Notes: a model not told the origin generated them from the letters alone. A stretch of DNA of 32,000 bases from Candidatus Saccharimonadota bacterium (GCA_016699955.1 CP064993.1:150001-182000); one strand, 5' to 3'; shown: positions 1 through 6,803, counted from the first letter of the stretch. Made by a program: numbers and translations.

Positions 1-2
1 TT

Positions 3-323
3 TCACCACAAAGCATTGCGGTTGCGACGGGTGCGACGGGACTGACTGGCCAGGAGGGTACGCTTTTTCGTTTTACCATTTTGCATAGCCTTGCGCTCGT
101 AAGCATCATTGGCATCATGACCTATGTGCAAGCCTACTACGTGCCGTGGATGATACCGCAAGCCCACGGTGCCGCCGTAACAAGCAGTAGCAACGGACTT
201 GGTTCAGGCGAGCTGACGTTAATTGTTATTTCAGTTGTAATGATTGTAGCCACCGCCGTAATCGCTCTGCGGCGCCGTCTTCCCGCACCGAAAAACCTAG
301 CCGATTCCGCAGTAACAGAGTAA
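3..323 (+). CDS. 3' end of a larger ORF entering from upstream; C-terminal membrane-anchor tail of a probable surface protein
   Basis: Frame 3 is open from base 3 to the TAA at 321-323. The listed 81..323 ORF simply starts at an internal TTG. TLIVISVVMIVATAVIALRRRLP is a hydrophobic helix followed by a basic stop-transfer. Confidence 0.4.
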   Translation, partial: SPQSIAVATGATGLTGQEGTLFRFTILHSLALVSIIGIMTYVQAYYVPWMIPQAHGAAVTSSSNGLGSGELTLIVISVVMIVATAVIALRRRLPAPKNLADSAVTE

Positions 324-393
324 AACCTTTCTCTGTTATTTGACCATCCTAGGTGAAATTAGCTCTTAAACGTTAGGATTTTATCAGGCAAAG

Positions 394-792
394 TTACAAA
401 ATTTGCACGAGCTTTTTAGGACTAGCGATCACTTTATCTATGAGTGCGTCACGGCATGGGTCGCCCGTTTTTGGCTCAAGCGCAAATATGGGTTTGCCAA
501 GCGCACTAGCATAGGCCATTTCCATCGTCACGCTCGCCCCAACATAATCATCTTTATTAAACACATAGCAAACTTCGGCCTTCCTAATCCAATCAAAATG
601 CTCAAGCGTCAGGCCTTTGAAAACTTTGCTGGTAATAAACTCTGAGTGGAACGTGTCGGTTTCTGCCACTATATTATTTCCGCTCGGAAAACTTGGTTCA
701 AAAACGAGCACACCAAACTTTTCCAGCTCTGCACAAAACGCCGCAATTTCCTCGCGGTATTTCTTACTGCCACAGACAACAACAGATTTCAT
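394..792 (-). CDS. Nucleoside 2-deoxyribosyltransferase-like superfamily protein (about 132 aa)
   Basis: From the internal ATG at 792 (MKSVVVCGSKKY...), the protein has an N-terminal Rossmann-like strand and the segment VFNKDDYVGASVTMEMAYASALGKPIFAL typical of this fold. The 57-codon extension to 963 is Cys/Phe-rich junk that overlaps the tRNA-Cys 3' end and its terminator. Confidence 0.55.
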   Translation of the reverse strand: MKSVVVCGSKKYREEIAAFCAELEKFGVLVFEPSFPSGNNIVAETDTFHSEFITSKVFKGLTLEHFDWIRKAEVCYVFNKDDYVGASVTMEMAYASALGKPIFALEPKTGDPCRDALIDKVIASPKKLVQIL

Positions 793-916
793 ACGTTTAT
801 TACCCCTAGATGCATCATACAGTCCACCCTGCATAAATCCAAAATAGCATGTTCTACAGTATGAGATAGCGCACATCATATGACAGAATGCGCAGGAGCT
901 TAAACCAGACTTACAT

Positions 917-938
917 AAGAAGGCTCGTAGCCGAGCCC
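917..938 (-). terminator. Hairpin downstream of tRNA-Cys
   Basis: On the minus strand, GGCTCG-GCTA-CGAGCC is followed by TTCTT. It lies just 3' of the tRNA after a T-run. Confidence 0.4.
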
Positions 939-954
939 GTTTTCTAAAAAAAAA

Positions 955-1028
955 TGGAGGCACCTACGGGTAACGCTCCCGTCTACACGGTTTTGCAGAC
1001 CGTTGCCTAACTTCTCGGCCAAGGCGCC
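955..1028 (-). tRNA. tRNA-Cys (GCA), 74 nt with encoded CCA and a non-canonical T-loop
   Basis: The reverse complement reads GGCGCCT TG GCC GAGAAGTTA GGC A ACGGT CTGCAAA ACCGT GTAG ACGGG AGCGTTA CCCGT AGGTGCC T CCA. It has a 7-bp acceptor stem with one G.U pair, 5-bp anticodon and T stems, anticodon GCA and discriminator U73 (the Cys identity element). The T-loop AGCGTTA lacks TTC and the D-loop lacks GG. Confidence 0.6.
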
Positions 1029-1079
1029 AACAGAAGATAGTATATACCGACCACTGTATCTGACCAAATGACTAAACGC

Positions 1080-1209
1080 GGCTGTGATTTGACAATTGAG
1101 AGTATAATACGCTTAGTATTTCACTCAACAGAATAATAATCATGCCGGAAATTGCGCAACCAGCCTCATTGACGGATCTTATGGGCACAGGCTACGAAGA
1201 TCGACTGTT
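1080..1209 (+). repeat. 130-bp direct repeat, copy 1 (upstream region plus first 23 codons of the 1142 gene)
   Basis: Matches 2972-3101 with 3 mismatches by eye. Confidence 0.9.
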
Positions 1210-2161
1210 CGATGCGCCCGAACCTCTTCGTCAAAACGCCAACCTCCCGGGCGGCATGGGTCCTATTATCACAATGCTACTAGAACAGCAGCGAGCTGCC
1301 TGGAAAGATCTAAGTATAAATTTTGCGGGGCTAGAGAAATTGAAACAGAGCCAGATGCGCCTAGCAGAAACGAGCGTGGTTATACAGCTCAATGAAAGGC
1401 GGGCTGGACGCGGAAAACCAACATGCTTTCTTGACGCACAAAGTCTGCCTGCAGAGCAAAAAGGAGTGTCATTAGCGGGCTTATTTGTGGCTTTTAACCC
1501 CTACGCTGTTCTTCTTCAGCATACCACTGGCATATTCCCACAGCATACTGACCAGTCGCTGGACAAACTGCTTGCCGCTTCTCTGAGGCTTGCAGTAGGC
1601 CTCGGCCAACCATCGGCAGTTTTTTATAATGGACCGCTGGCTGGCGCTTCAGCCCCACATCATGCACACATTCAGGCCGTACGCCACCCTCAGTTCCCCA
1701 TTGAGGCTAGCCTAGCGAGATTCGACAAAACTTCGGAGCAAAAAGCAGGGCAGTCAATATTGTACCTGCCGGAAAACTTAGGACGCACCGTTTTAGCTAT
1801 AGATAGCCCTAATATATCCAGTGCAGAAGATGCTGTGCGAAAGGTAATCGAGCGTTTACCCATGACGCCAGAAGACGGATACAACGAGCCTCGTGTCAAC
1901 CTCATGGTGCGGGCATTGGGTACGGGAACCCTGCGTGTTTTTATAGCGCCCCGAGAGGCAAGAGTAGTTACTCTGAAAAATGGATCCAAGCTTCGACCAG
2001 CTACACTTGAAACTATTGGGGGTTTACTGGTTGTTACGACCGAAGATGATTTTTTTCATCTGGGCAATGACCCAGATGAAGTGGCGCGAGTCTTCAGGGA
2101 AACATCGTGCAGCCTTGAAAAAACACGAGACTGTCTCCACGACCTGCCTCTTGCCGCTTAA
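1142..2161 (+). CDS. HIT-superfamily nucleotidyltransferase, Ap4A phosphorylase / DUF4922-like
   Basis: FYNGPLAGASAPHHAHIQAV fits the N-x-G-x2-AGAS-x2-H-x-H-x-Q signature of the ATP adenylyltransferase / GalT branch of HIT proteins. FVAFNPYAVLLQH lies upstream of it. The ORF is 339 aa. Confidence 0.6.
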   Translation: MPEIAQPASLTDLMGTGYEDRLFDAPEPLRQNANLPGGMGPIITMLLEQQRAAWKDLSINFAGLEKLKQSQMRLAETSVVIQLNERRAGRGKPTCFLDAQSLPAEQKGVSLAGLFVAFNPYAVLLQHTTGIFPQHTDQSLDKLLAASLRLAVGLGQPSAVFYNGPLAGASAPHHAHIQAVRHPQFPIEASLARFDKTSEQKAGQSILYLPENLGRTVLAIDSPNISSAEDAVRKVIERLPMTPEDGYNEPRVNLMVRALGTGTLRVFIAPREARVVTLKNGSKLRPATLETIGGLLVVTTEDDFFHLGNDPDEVARVFRETSCSLEKTRDCLHDLPLAA

Positions 2162-2262
2162 GCCAGTGTCGCAAGGTTCTGCTAGCACCTCATTTTACTC
2201 GTAAACTTTGGTACTTTAGTCGTAGGAACATCTCCAATTAACTTAGTCGGTTTACACTCTTA

Positions 2263-2971
2263 ACCTGAGTCTCAAAGCCCCCACATAAGCTGGTAGGCCG
2301 GCAGTACTCTGACATAGTGGAGGGCGTAGCCCTGCACACTCCTCGGGAACGAAGTCTCGAGGAGCAGGTGTTCTTTCAGGTAGTCAAAGGTACATTCTGT
2401 CTTGGTACGTTTGTGTAACAGGAGTAGCTGCCACTGCTGCAGTAGTTTTTTGTTTTGTTTCGGGTGGGGCGGTGCCAGTATGTAGGCCTGGTGTTCACGC
2501 CACATTTTTCGACGCATAACGCTTGCATTGTAGGTACCGTCCCCTACGGCAATAGCTGTTGCGTCATTGACGAGGTGTTGTGCATCTTTAACGAGCAGTT
2601 GGTCAAACATGAACAGCATACCAGGCAGTGCCTGGTGGCACTTCCGGACGAATGACTTGTAACTGGGCAGGTGGAACCGACGGTGGTAATACGTCTGAGC
2701 CCAGTTGTAGATACCTTTCATAGTGCGCTGAGGAGCGACGAAGCTCGAGAACAACAGCAAGGCAACGGTTTCATTCGAGTGGAGTATCACTGGTCTACCA
2801 CCATGCGGGCTAGCGCCCGCTCGCGGCAAGAAGCTGTCTGCCACAGTTACTAAGTTTGTTATATGATGTGAACGTAAAACACGCATACTTTTTCTCCTTG
2901 TTTGTTTGAAAGTGAACAGAAGAAATTGTAGCGTGTTTTTCGTTAGCTAGGGGAGGTTTTGAGACTCAGGT
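2263..2971 (-). mobile_element. Short (709 bp) IS982-like insertion sequence with terminal inverted repeats
   Basis: The left end ACCTGAGTCTCAAAgccccc and the reverse complement of the right end ACCTGAGTCTCAAAacctcccc share a perfect 14-bp terminal IR. The element encloses a single transposase ORF. Confidence 0.6.
2272..2886 (-). CDS. IS982-family-like DDE transposase, apparently internally shortened (204 aa)
   Basis: The N-terminal NETVALLLFSSF...MKGIYNWAQTYY...LPSYKSFVRK and the C-terminal RTKTECTFDYLKEH...RSVQGYALHYVRVLPAYQL match the conserved ends of IS982-type transposases. Only about 6 residues separate VNDATAIAV from GDGTYNAS, where roughly 60-70 aa are expected. Confidence 0.5.
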   Translation of the reverse strand: MRVLRSHHITNLVTVADSFLPRAGASPHGGRPVILHSNETVALLLFSSFVAPQRTMKGIYNWAQTYYHRRFHLPSYKSFVRKCHQALPGMLFMFDQLLVKDAQHLVNDATAIAVGDGTYNASVMRRKMWREHQAYILAPPHPKQNKKLLQQWQLLLLHKRTKTECTFDYLKEHLLLETSFPRSVQGYALHYVRVLPAYQLMWGL

Positions 2972-3101
2972 GGCTGTAATTTGACAATTGAGAGTATAAA
3001 ACGCTTAGTACTTCACTCAACAGAATAATAATCATGCCGGAAATTGCGCAACCAGCCTCATTGACGGATCTTATGGGCACAGGCTACGAAGATCGACTGT
3101 T
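2972..3101 (+). repeat. 130-bp direct repeat, copy 2, abutting the IS right end
   Basis: Matches 1080-1209. It begins at the base immediately after the IS terminal repeat. Confidence 0.9.
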
Positions 3102-3204
3102 TATTTCATCGGCAACAGTAGCCACAGCCACAGAGACAGCAACGCTCGCATTAGTATTCGGCGGACTAGGACTCTTTGCTTGGTTACAAAAAATCTATGG
3201 CTAA
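3034..3204 (+). CDS. 56-aa chimeric ORF: duplicated first 23 codons of the HIT-like gene fused to a hydrophobic tail
   Basis: The ATG at 3034 lies in repeat copy 2. The product is MPEIAQPASLTDLMGTGYEDRLF|ISSATVATATETATLALVFGGLGLFAWLQKIYG with TAA at 3202-3204. It is below the ORF-track length cut-off and expression is unknown. Confidence 0.25.
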   Translation: MPEIAQPASLTDLMGTGYEDRLFISSATVATATETATLALVFGGLGLFAWLQKIYG

Positions 3205-3722
3205 AAAATAACGGTATAAAGTACCGCTACACCGACAGATATTGCCATCATTCCTAGTACAAGTAGCGTCAATTTGCCCCAGTGGGCCATTGAAAATGGA
3301 TCATGTGGGCTAGACAACAGATTGTTTTCTTTGCTATTACCTGCACTGTCGGTACTTAAAAAGTGATACAAACCTTTCCTGAATATGCTTGGGTGAGGTG
3401 GTACGTTCACGTATGCAAAAACTTCTGACCCCGTGCTTTCGATTTGCGATTTTGCTAATGTAGCGTCCCTATCCAGCATCAGACCAGTTATTGTGATACG
3501 TGCATTTTCTTTGGGTAAAGGGCTCAACAGCACAAACCCTGAGAGATATTTTGTTTTGACCAAGTACATATCATTGACCCTATGTGCTTCTATGACATGG
3601 ATATTTTTCTCATCCCAAATGTAAAAATAATCAGAGAATTTGTTCTCTAGCTGCGACAGTGCAGTTTCGATATCTTGTGAGGTTGGGTTATCTGTTGTTT
3701 TGTTTTTGTGTATAAGCTTCAT
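3201..3722 (-). CDS. Hypothetical protein with a C-terminal transmembrane helix
   Basis: 173-aa ORF. The C-terminal WGKLTLLVLGMMAISVGVAVLYTVIF is a TM anchor. No family was recognised. Confidence 0.5.
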   Translation of the reverse strand: MKLIHKNKTTDNPTSQDIETALSQLENKFSDYFYIWDEKNIHVIEAHRVNDMYLVKTKYLSGFVLLSPLPKENARITITGLMLDRDATLAKSQIESTGSEVFAYVNVPPHPSIFRKGLYHFLSTDSAGNSKENNLLSSPHDPFSMAHWGKLTLLVLGMMAISVGVAVLYTVIF

Positions 3723-3877
3723 AGGCGTATTGTAACAGTGACTAACGTAATGTGTAAAAGCAGGGCGGGACTTATGCGGTGCTGCTCGGGAACGACTGAA
3801 GTCTATTCACTCGGCCAAGCTTCGATATCGTAAGCTGCTCCCGCAGCAATTTACGACCTTATTACTAATCGTGTTTA

Positions 3878-6064
3878 TTAGTAGGGAGATACGCCAGGCG
3901 TACCGTAGTTTTTGCTCGTATCATCGAGCACAAGACACCAGTCACCAGATGAAGGAGGCGTAAAGGTCACGAGACCACCGAGGGTAAATACTCCAGCGTC
4001 ATTCGACACACCGGTACGTGGGTTATACCACCAGACGTGCGCGTTGGTGCTCGATAGCTTGGAAGTATTGACCGTGACGGCGGTGTTAGTGGTGTTATAG
4101 ACAAATATATATGAGCCGTCACTCCCGCGACAAGCTTGTTTGCGCGTCCAGTCGTTTGAATAGTTGCTGCCCTGAGTCGAAGTGATGATACTCTGGTCTG
4201 GCACGCGAGACAAAATCGGTCTCGACTCGAGTAGTTTGCGCAGATACTGCATCTGGGCGCCGGCCGGCCGCTGCGTGAGTGCTTGTTGCCATGTACACAG
4301 ATAGTTTGTGCTCGTACTCGTAACAAACGGCCATACCGAATGATGCCCGTAGGTAAAGCCAAACGCACCAGCAAACACAGCCGTCCAGTTGGCGCTGCGA
4401 GCATGCGTGTCGTTAAAAAACCCACTGCCCGCATTCCAGCACCTCGGATGATCTTCGTAGGTTGATTCGCCATCTACCGTTGGTTTGGCTGGCGACAGGC
4501 CATAGTCATACGACATCAGGTCATATGATCGCGGGCGCGGTGGCGTGTCACAGTGCGTGCTCTCTGACGCGTTGAAATCAAGCCACGGCTCAGAGTGGTA
4601 TCCGCCCGATGACGAACCATTTGTGTCATACCCTGGGATTGTCGCGCCTGAGTGAAATGTCATCAGCGTCTTGCTATAGTCACCGGGTGTACCGGCGACG
4701 GCTGTCACTATCGCCTGCGCCATTGGGTTCCATATCGCCGTTTCATAAAACCCGCAGTCGCCACCCATGACCCAGATAATTTTTTTGGTTTTATAGCGAT
4801 TGCCAAAGTACGTCCCCACCTGTGCAGAGTTGCCCGTCGTAAGTTTGTGTGGATTAGTTTCGCACGCATACATCACCGACCAGACCGCAAACATCGCACA
4901 GTACATGCCGCGTTGTTCGATCTGATCCACGACCCAGTCAACATGCTGCATGTAGTTTTCGTTGAAATTCGGGAAATCGCCGTTAAACATCGGATCGCCA
5001 TTGCGGTTGGTCTGGTTGTAACCGTTGACGTAGAAAAACGGCGACATCTGGATCACGTTGTAGCCCTGGGCAAGTCTTGTGTCGAGATAATACTGCGTCT
5101 CAGCCTGGGTCAGTCGACAGCACAGTGACCATGCCGTGTCGGCCTGCCACATAAACGGCGCGCCGTTAGCATCGACCAGAAAATGCCCGTCATTGCTTAC
5201 CCGAATCGGCCAGACAGAACCCGGCTGTTCGACCAGTGATCCACCAGTCGTGCGCACACTTGCGGACACCGTTGAGGTCGTACCTCCCGCCTGAAAATTG
5301 CCCGTCAGGCTATAAGAGTAGTTCGTACCCGCAGTCAGGCCTGAGTCATTGTAGCTCGTCGCACCTGCCGCAGGTGTCGCGATAGTCGAGCCATTGCGTG
5401 TCAATGTATAGTTTGCAAGCGTGGAGCCGCTATAGCCCCATGTCAACGTCAGCGTCGTGTCAGACGTCGCCACACCGCTAAAGCTGATGATTGTACCTGT
5501 CGGAACAGTGCCGACAAGCACACCATACGCTTCGGCTTCCCAGATAGAGTTGCCGTACCCGGCATTCCAGCGGTCTGTCCCGGTGATCCGCAAATACCGG
5601 CCCTGGGCAGCCGCGCTAAAGCTGGTGTGCGTGATCGTCTGCGACTGTGTGTTGTTGGTAACACCCGTCGCTATGGTGCTCCACACCGTACCGTTGGTCG
5701 AGATATCGATACGATAATTTCTGATAGTATCGGCCGCCCATACGATCGTCACACGGCTGAGGTTATAGATGCCCGCCATGTCGACCGTCGCGTTGACGGG
5801 GCTTGTCGGCTGAGAGATCCAGCGTGTGTTCATCTGTCCATCAGTTATATGTGACGGCGGGTTACCCGGCTCAGTTGTCGAATCAGGCACATCAGAGCTG
5901 AAAATTTTGCCCGTCAATATGTTGACGTTCGCATTTATCAATCTGCCTGCACTTGCCCGATGGTTACGACGACGAGGACTAGTCATAGTATCAGTATACT
6001 GTTTTTGCTTGTGATGGGTAGACTGGCTTTGTGAATATTTTTCATATGACTTGACCGGAACCAC
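3878..6064 (-). CDS. Multidomain glycoside hydrolase: F5/8 type C (discoidin/CBM32-like) + fibronectin type III + DUF4038/GH140-like catalytic domain
   Basis: ITDGQMNTRWIS...GRYLRITGTDRWNAGYGNSIWEAEAYG is discoidin-like. TLTLTWGYSGSTLANYTLTRNGSTIA...TNYSYSLTG is FN3. IRVSNDGHFLVDANGAPFMWQADTAWSL...AQGYNVIQM is a DUF4038 N-terminus. The start is uncertain: GTG at 6064 or ATG at 5986 (MTSPRRRNHR). Confidence 0.7.
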   Translation of the reverse strand: MVPVKSYEKYSQSQSTHHKQKQYTDTMTSPRRRNHRASAGRLINANVNILTGKIFSSDVPDSTTEPGNPPSHITDGQMNTRWISQPTSPVNATVDMAGIYNLSRVTIVWAADTIRNYRIDISTNGTVWSTIATGVTNNTQSQTITHTSFSAAAQGRYLRITGTDRWNAGYGNSIWEAEAYGVLVGTVPTGTIISFSGVATSDTTLTLTWGYSGSTLANYTLTRNGSTIATPAAGATSYNDSGLTAGTNYSYSLTGNFQAGGTTSTVSASVRTTGGSLVEQPGSVWPIRVSNDGHFLVDANGAPFMWQADTAWSLCCRLTQAETQYYLDTRLAQGYNVIQMSPFFYVNGYNQTNRNGDPMFNGDFPNFNENYMQHVDWVVDQIEQRGMYCAMFAVWSVMYACETNPHKLTTGNSAQVGTYFGNRYKTKKIIWVMGGDCGFYETAIWNPMAQAIVTAVAGTPGDYSKTLMTFHSGATIPGYDTNGSSSGGYHSEPWLDFNASESTHCDTPPRPRSYDLMSYDYGLSPAKPTVDGESTYEDHPRCWNAGSGFFNDTHARSANWTAVFAGAFGFTYGHHSVWPFVTSTSTNYLCTWQQALTQRPAGAQMQYLRKLLESRPILSRVPDQSIITSTQGSNYSNDWTRKQACRGSDGSYIFVYNTTNTAVTVNTSKLSSTNAHVWWYNPRTGVSNDAGVFTLGGLVTFTPPSSGDWCLVLDDTSKNYGTPGVSPY

Positions 6065-6112
6065 ATTCCACCACCTGCCTCCTGCCGCTTAAGCCAGTGT
6101 CGCATAAGACAG

Positions 6113-6141
6113 TTGCAAGTTACCTATCGAAACGCTATAAT
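6113..6141 (+). promoter_or_regulatory. Sigma70-type promoter for tRNA-Gly
   Basis: TTGCAA (6113-6118), a 17-nt spacer and TATAAT (6136-6141), 13 nt upstream of the tRNA 5' end. Confidence 0.5.
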
Positions 6142-6154
6142 TCTCACCTGTTAC

Positions 6155-6231
6155 GCGGGTGTAGCTCAGTTGTTTAGAGCGCGTCCTTGCCAAGGACGAG
6201 GCCAGGAGTTAGAGTCCCCTCACCCGCACCA
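6155..6231 (+). tRNA. tRNA-Gly (GCC), 77 nt with encoded CCA
   Basis: GCGGGTG TA GCTC AGTTGTTTA GAGC G CGTCC TTGCCAA GGACG AGGCC AGGAG TTAGAGT CCCCT CACCCGC A CCA. All four arms are present and the anticodon is GCC. The T-stem has one A.C mismatch, and the T-loop reads TTAGAGT instead of TTCGAGT. Confidence 0.8.
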
Positions 6232-6543
6232 AATATCTGAATTATGAGCCGAAAGGCTCTTTTTCTTTGCCTCAACAATGGTTTTAAAGGGGTCGTTTAG
6301 TATATAAGACAGCTTTTTGTCCTTTAGTTCAATGTTTGAAAGTACGTATTCTAGCAATTTCTGTCTTAGCCCCTCATCGCTCTCTTTAAACAGCTGGTCA
6401 GCCCGTTGAGCCAAGTCTAACAGGTAAGAAGCGGTTACTTGGAACTGCTTATTGTCGTTTGTTAGCAACTTTAGGCGGTCATTCAATTCCTGCTGTTTCT
6501 TTTCTAGCTCAGTTGCAATTTCATCGTGGAATGTCTGTGTAAT
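6220..6543 (-). pseudogene. C-terminal fragment of a recombinase-like gene (resembles the coiled-coil/C-terminal region of large serine recombinases), 5'-truncated
   Basis: The frame is open from 6543 with no plausible start: TQTFHDEIATELEKKQQELNDRLKLL...YLLDLAQRADQLFKESDEGLRQKLLEYVLSNIELKDKKLSYILNDPFKTIVEA...SDIWCG*. The last codons are the antisense of the tRNA-Gly 3' end and terminator. The frame is cut at 6543-6547 by the 96-nt repeat. The family call is from memory of the LF-x-S...LL-x2-VLSN-x2-L-x-(G/D)KKL-x-Y-x-L-x2-PF pattern. Confidence 0.4.
6246..6264 (+). terminator. Intrinsic terminator after tRNA-Gly
   Basis: GAGCC-GAAA-GGCTC followed by TTTTT. Confidence 0.5.
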
Positions 6544-6546
6544 TCA

Positions 6547-6642
6547 CCCGACCCGAAGCCGGTCGACCCTGGGAGACCGGTTGTCGTGACAGCGCATGAG
6601 CATCTGCGCTAGTCGACAAGGAGAGTCCCCTCACCCGCACCA
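6547..6642 (+). repeat. 96-nt partial copy of the 16579-16719 structured element, ending in the tRNA-Gly 3' 21-mer
   Basis: Identical to 16624-16719 except for 3 substitutions. Its last 21 nt (6622-6642) equal tRNA positions 6211-6231. Confidence 0.9.
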
Positions 6643-6653
6643 TACGCAATTTT

Positions 6654-6676
6654 GAGCCCGTTTAGGGCTCTTTTTT
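6654..6676 (+). terminator. Intrinsic terminator-like hairpin after the 96-nt repeat
   Basis: GAGCCC-GTTTA-GGGCTC followed by TTTTTT. Confidence 0.5.
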
Positions 6677-6803
6677 ATCTGTTAAAATCGGGTTTTAACA
6701 TCTCTAATTCCTAGCAAATGGAGACGAGACAGAAAAGCTAGAATGTAGGGCTATTAACAGAGAAGTCACTTGCAATATGGACAGGTTTTAACTCTTCAAT
6801 TTA

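Noticed and set aside
793-963. N-terminal 57-codon extension of the 394..963 ORF (MPPFFFRKRARLRAFLCKSG...).
   Set aside because: It is Cys/Phe/Arg-rich and low in complexity. It overlaps the tRNA-Cys 3' end (955-963) and its terminator hairpin. The conserved fold starts cleanly at the ATG at 792 (MKSVVVCGS).
1089-1108. TTGACA (1089-1094) and TATAAT (1103-1108) upstream of the HIT-like gene as a standard promoter.
   Set aside because: The two hexamers are only 8 nt apart, and no good -35 box lies at 16-18 nt. The TATAAT may still function, but a canonical promoter cannot be claimed. In repeat copy 2 it is mutated to TATAAA.
3912-6014. About ten ORFs of 60-170 aa on both strands inside the 3878-6064 hydrolase gene (for example 3967..4473, 4652..5128, 5457..5717).
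   Set aside because: All are nested in or antisense to a long ORF with clear domain content. They have Arg/Pro/Cys-rich compositions typical of off-frame reading of GC-richer coding DNA. The same reasoning applies to the nested ORFs in 25181-27526, 28424-29218 and 30324-31784.
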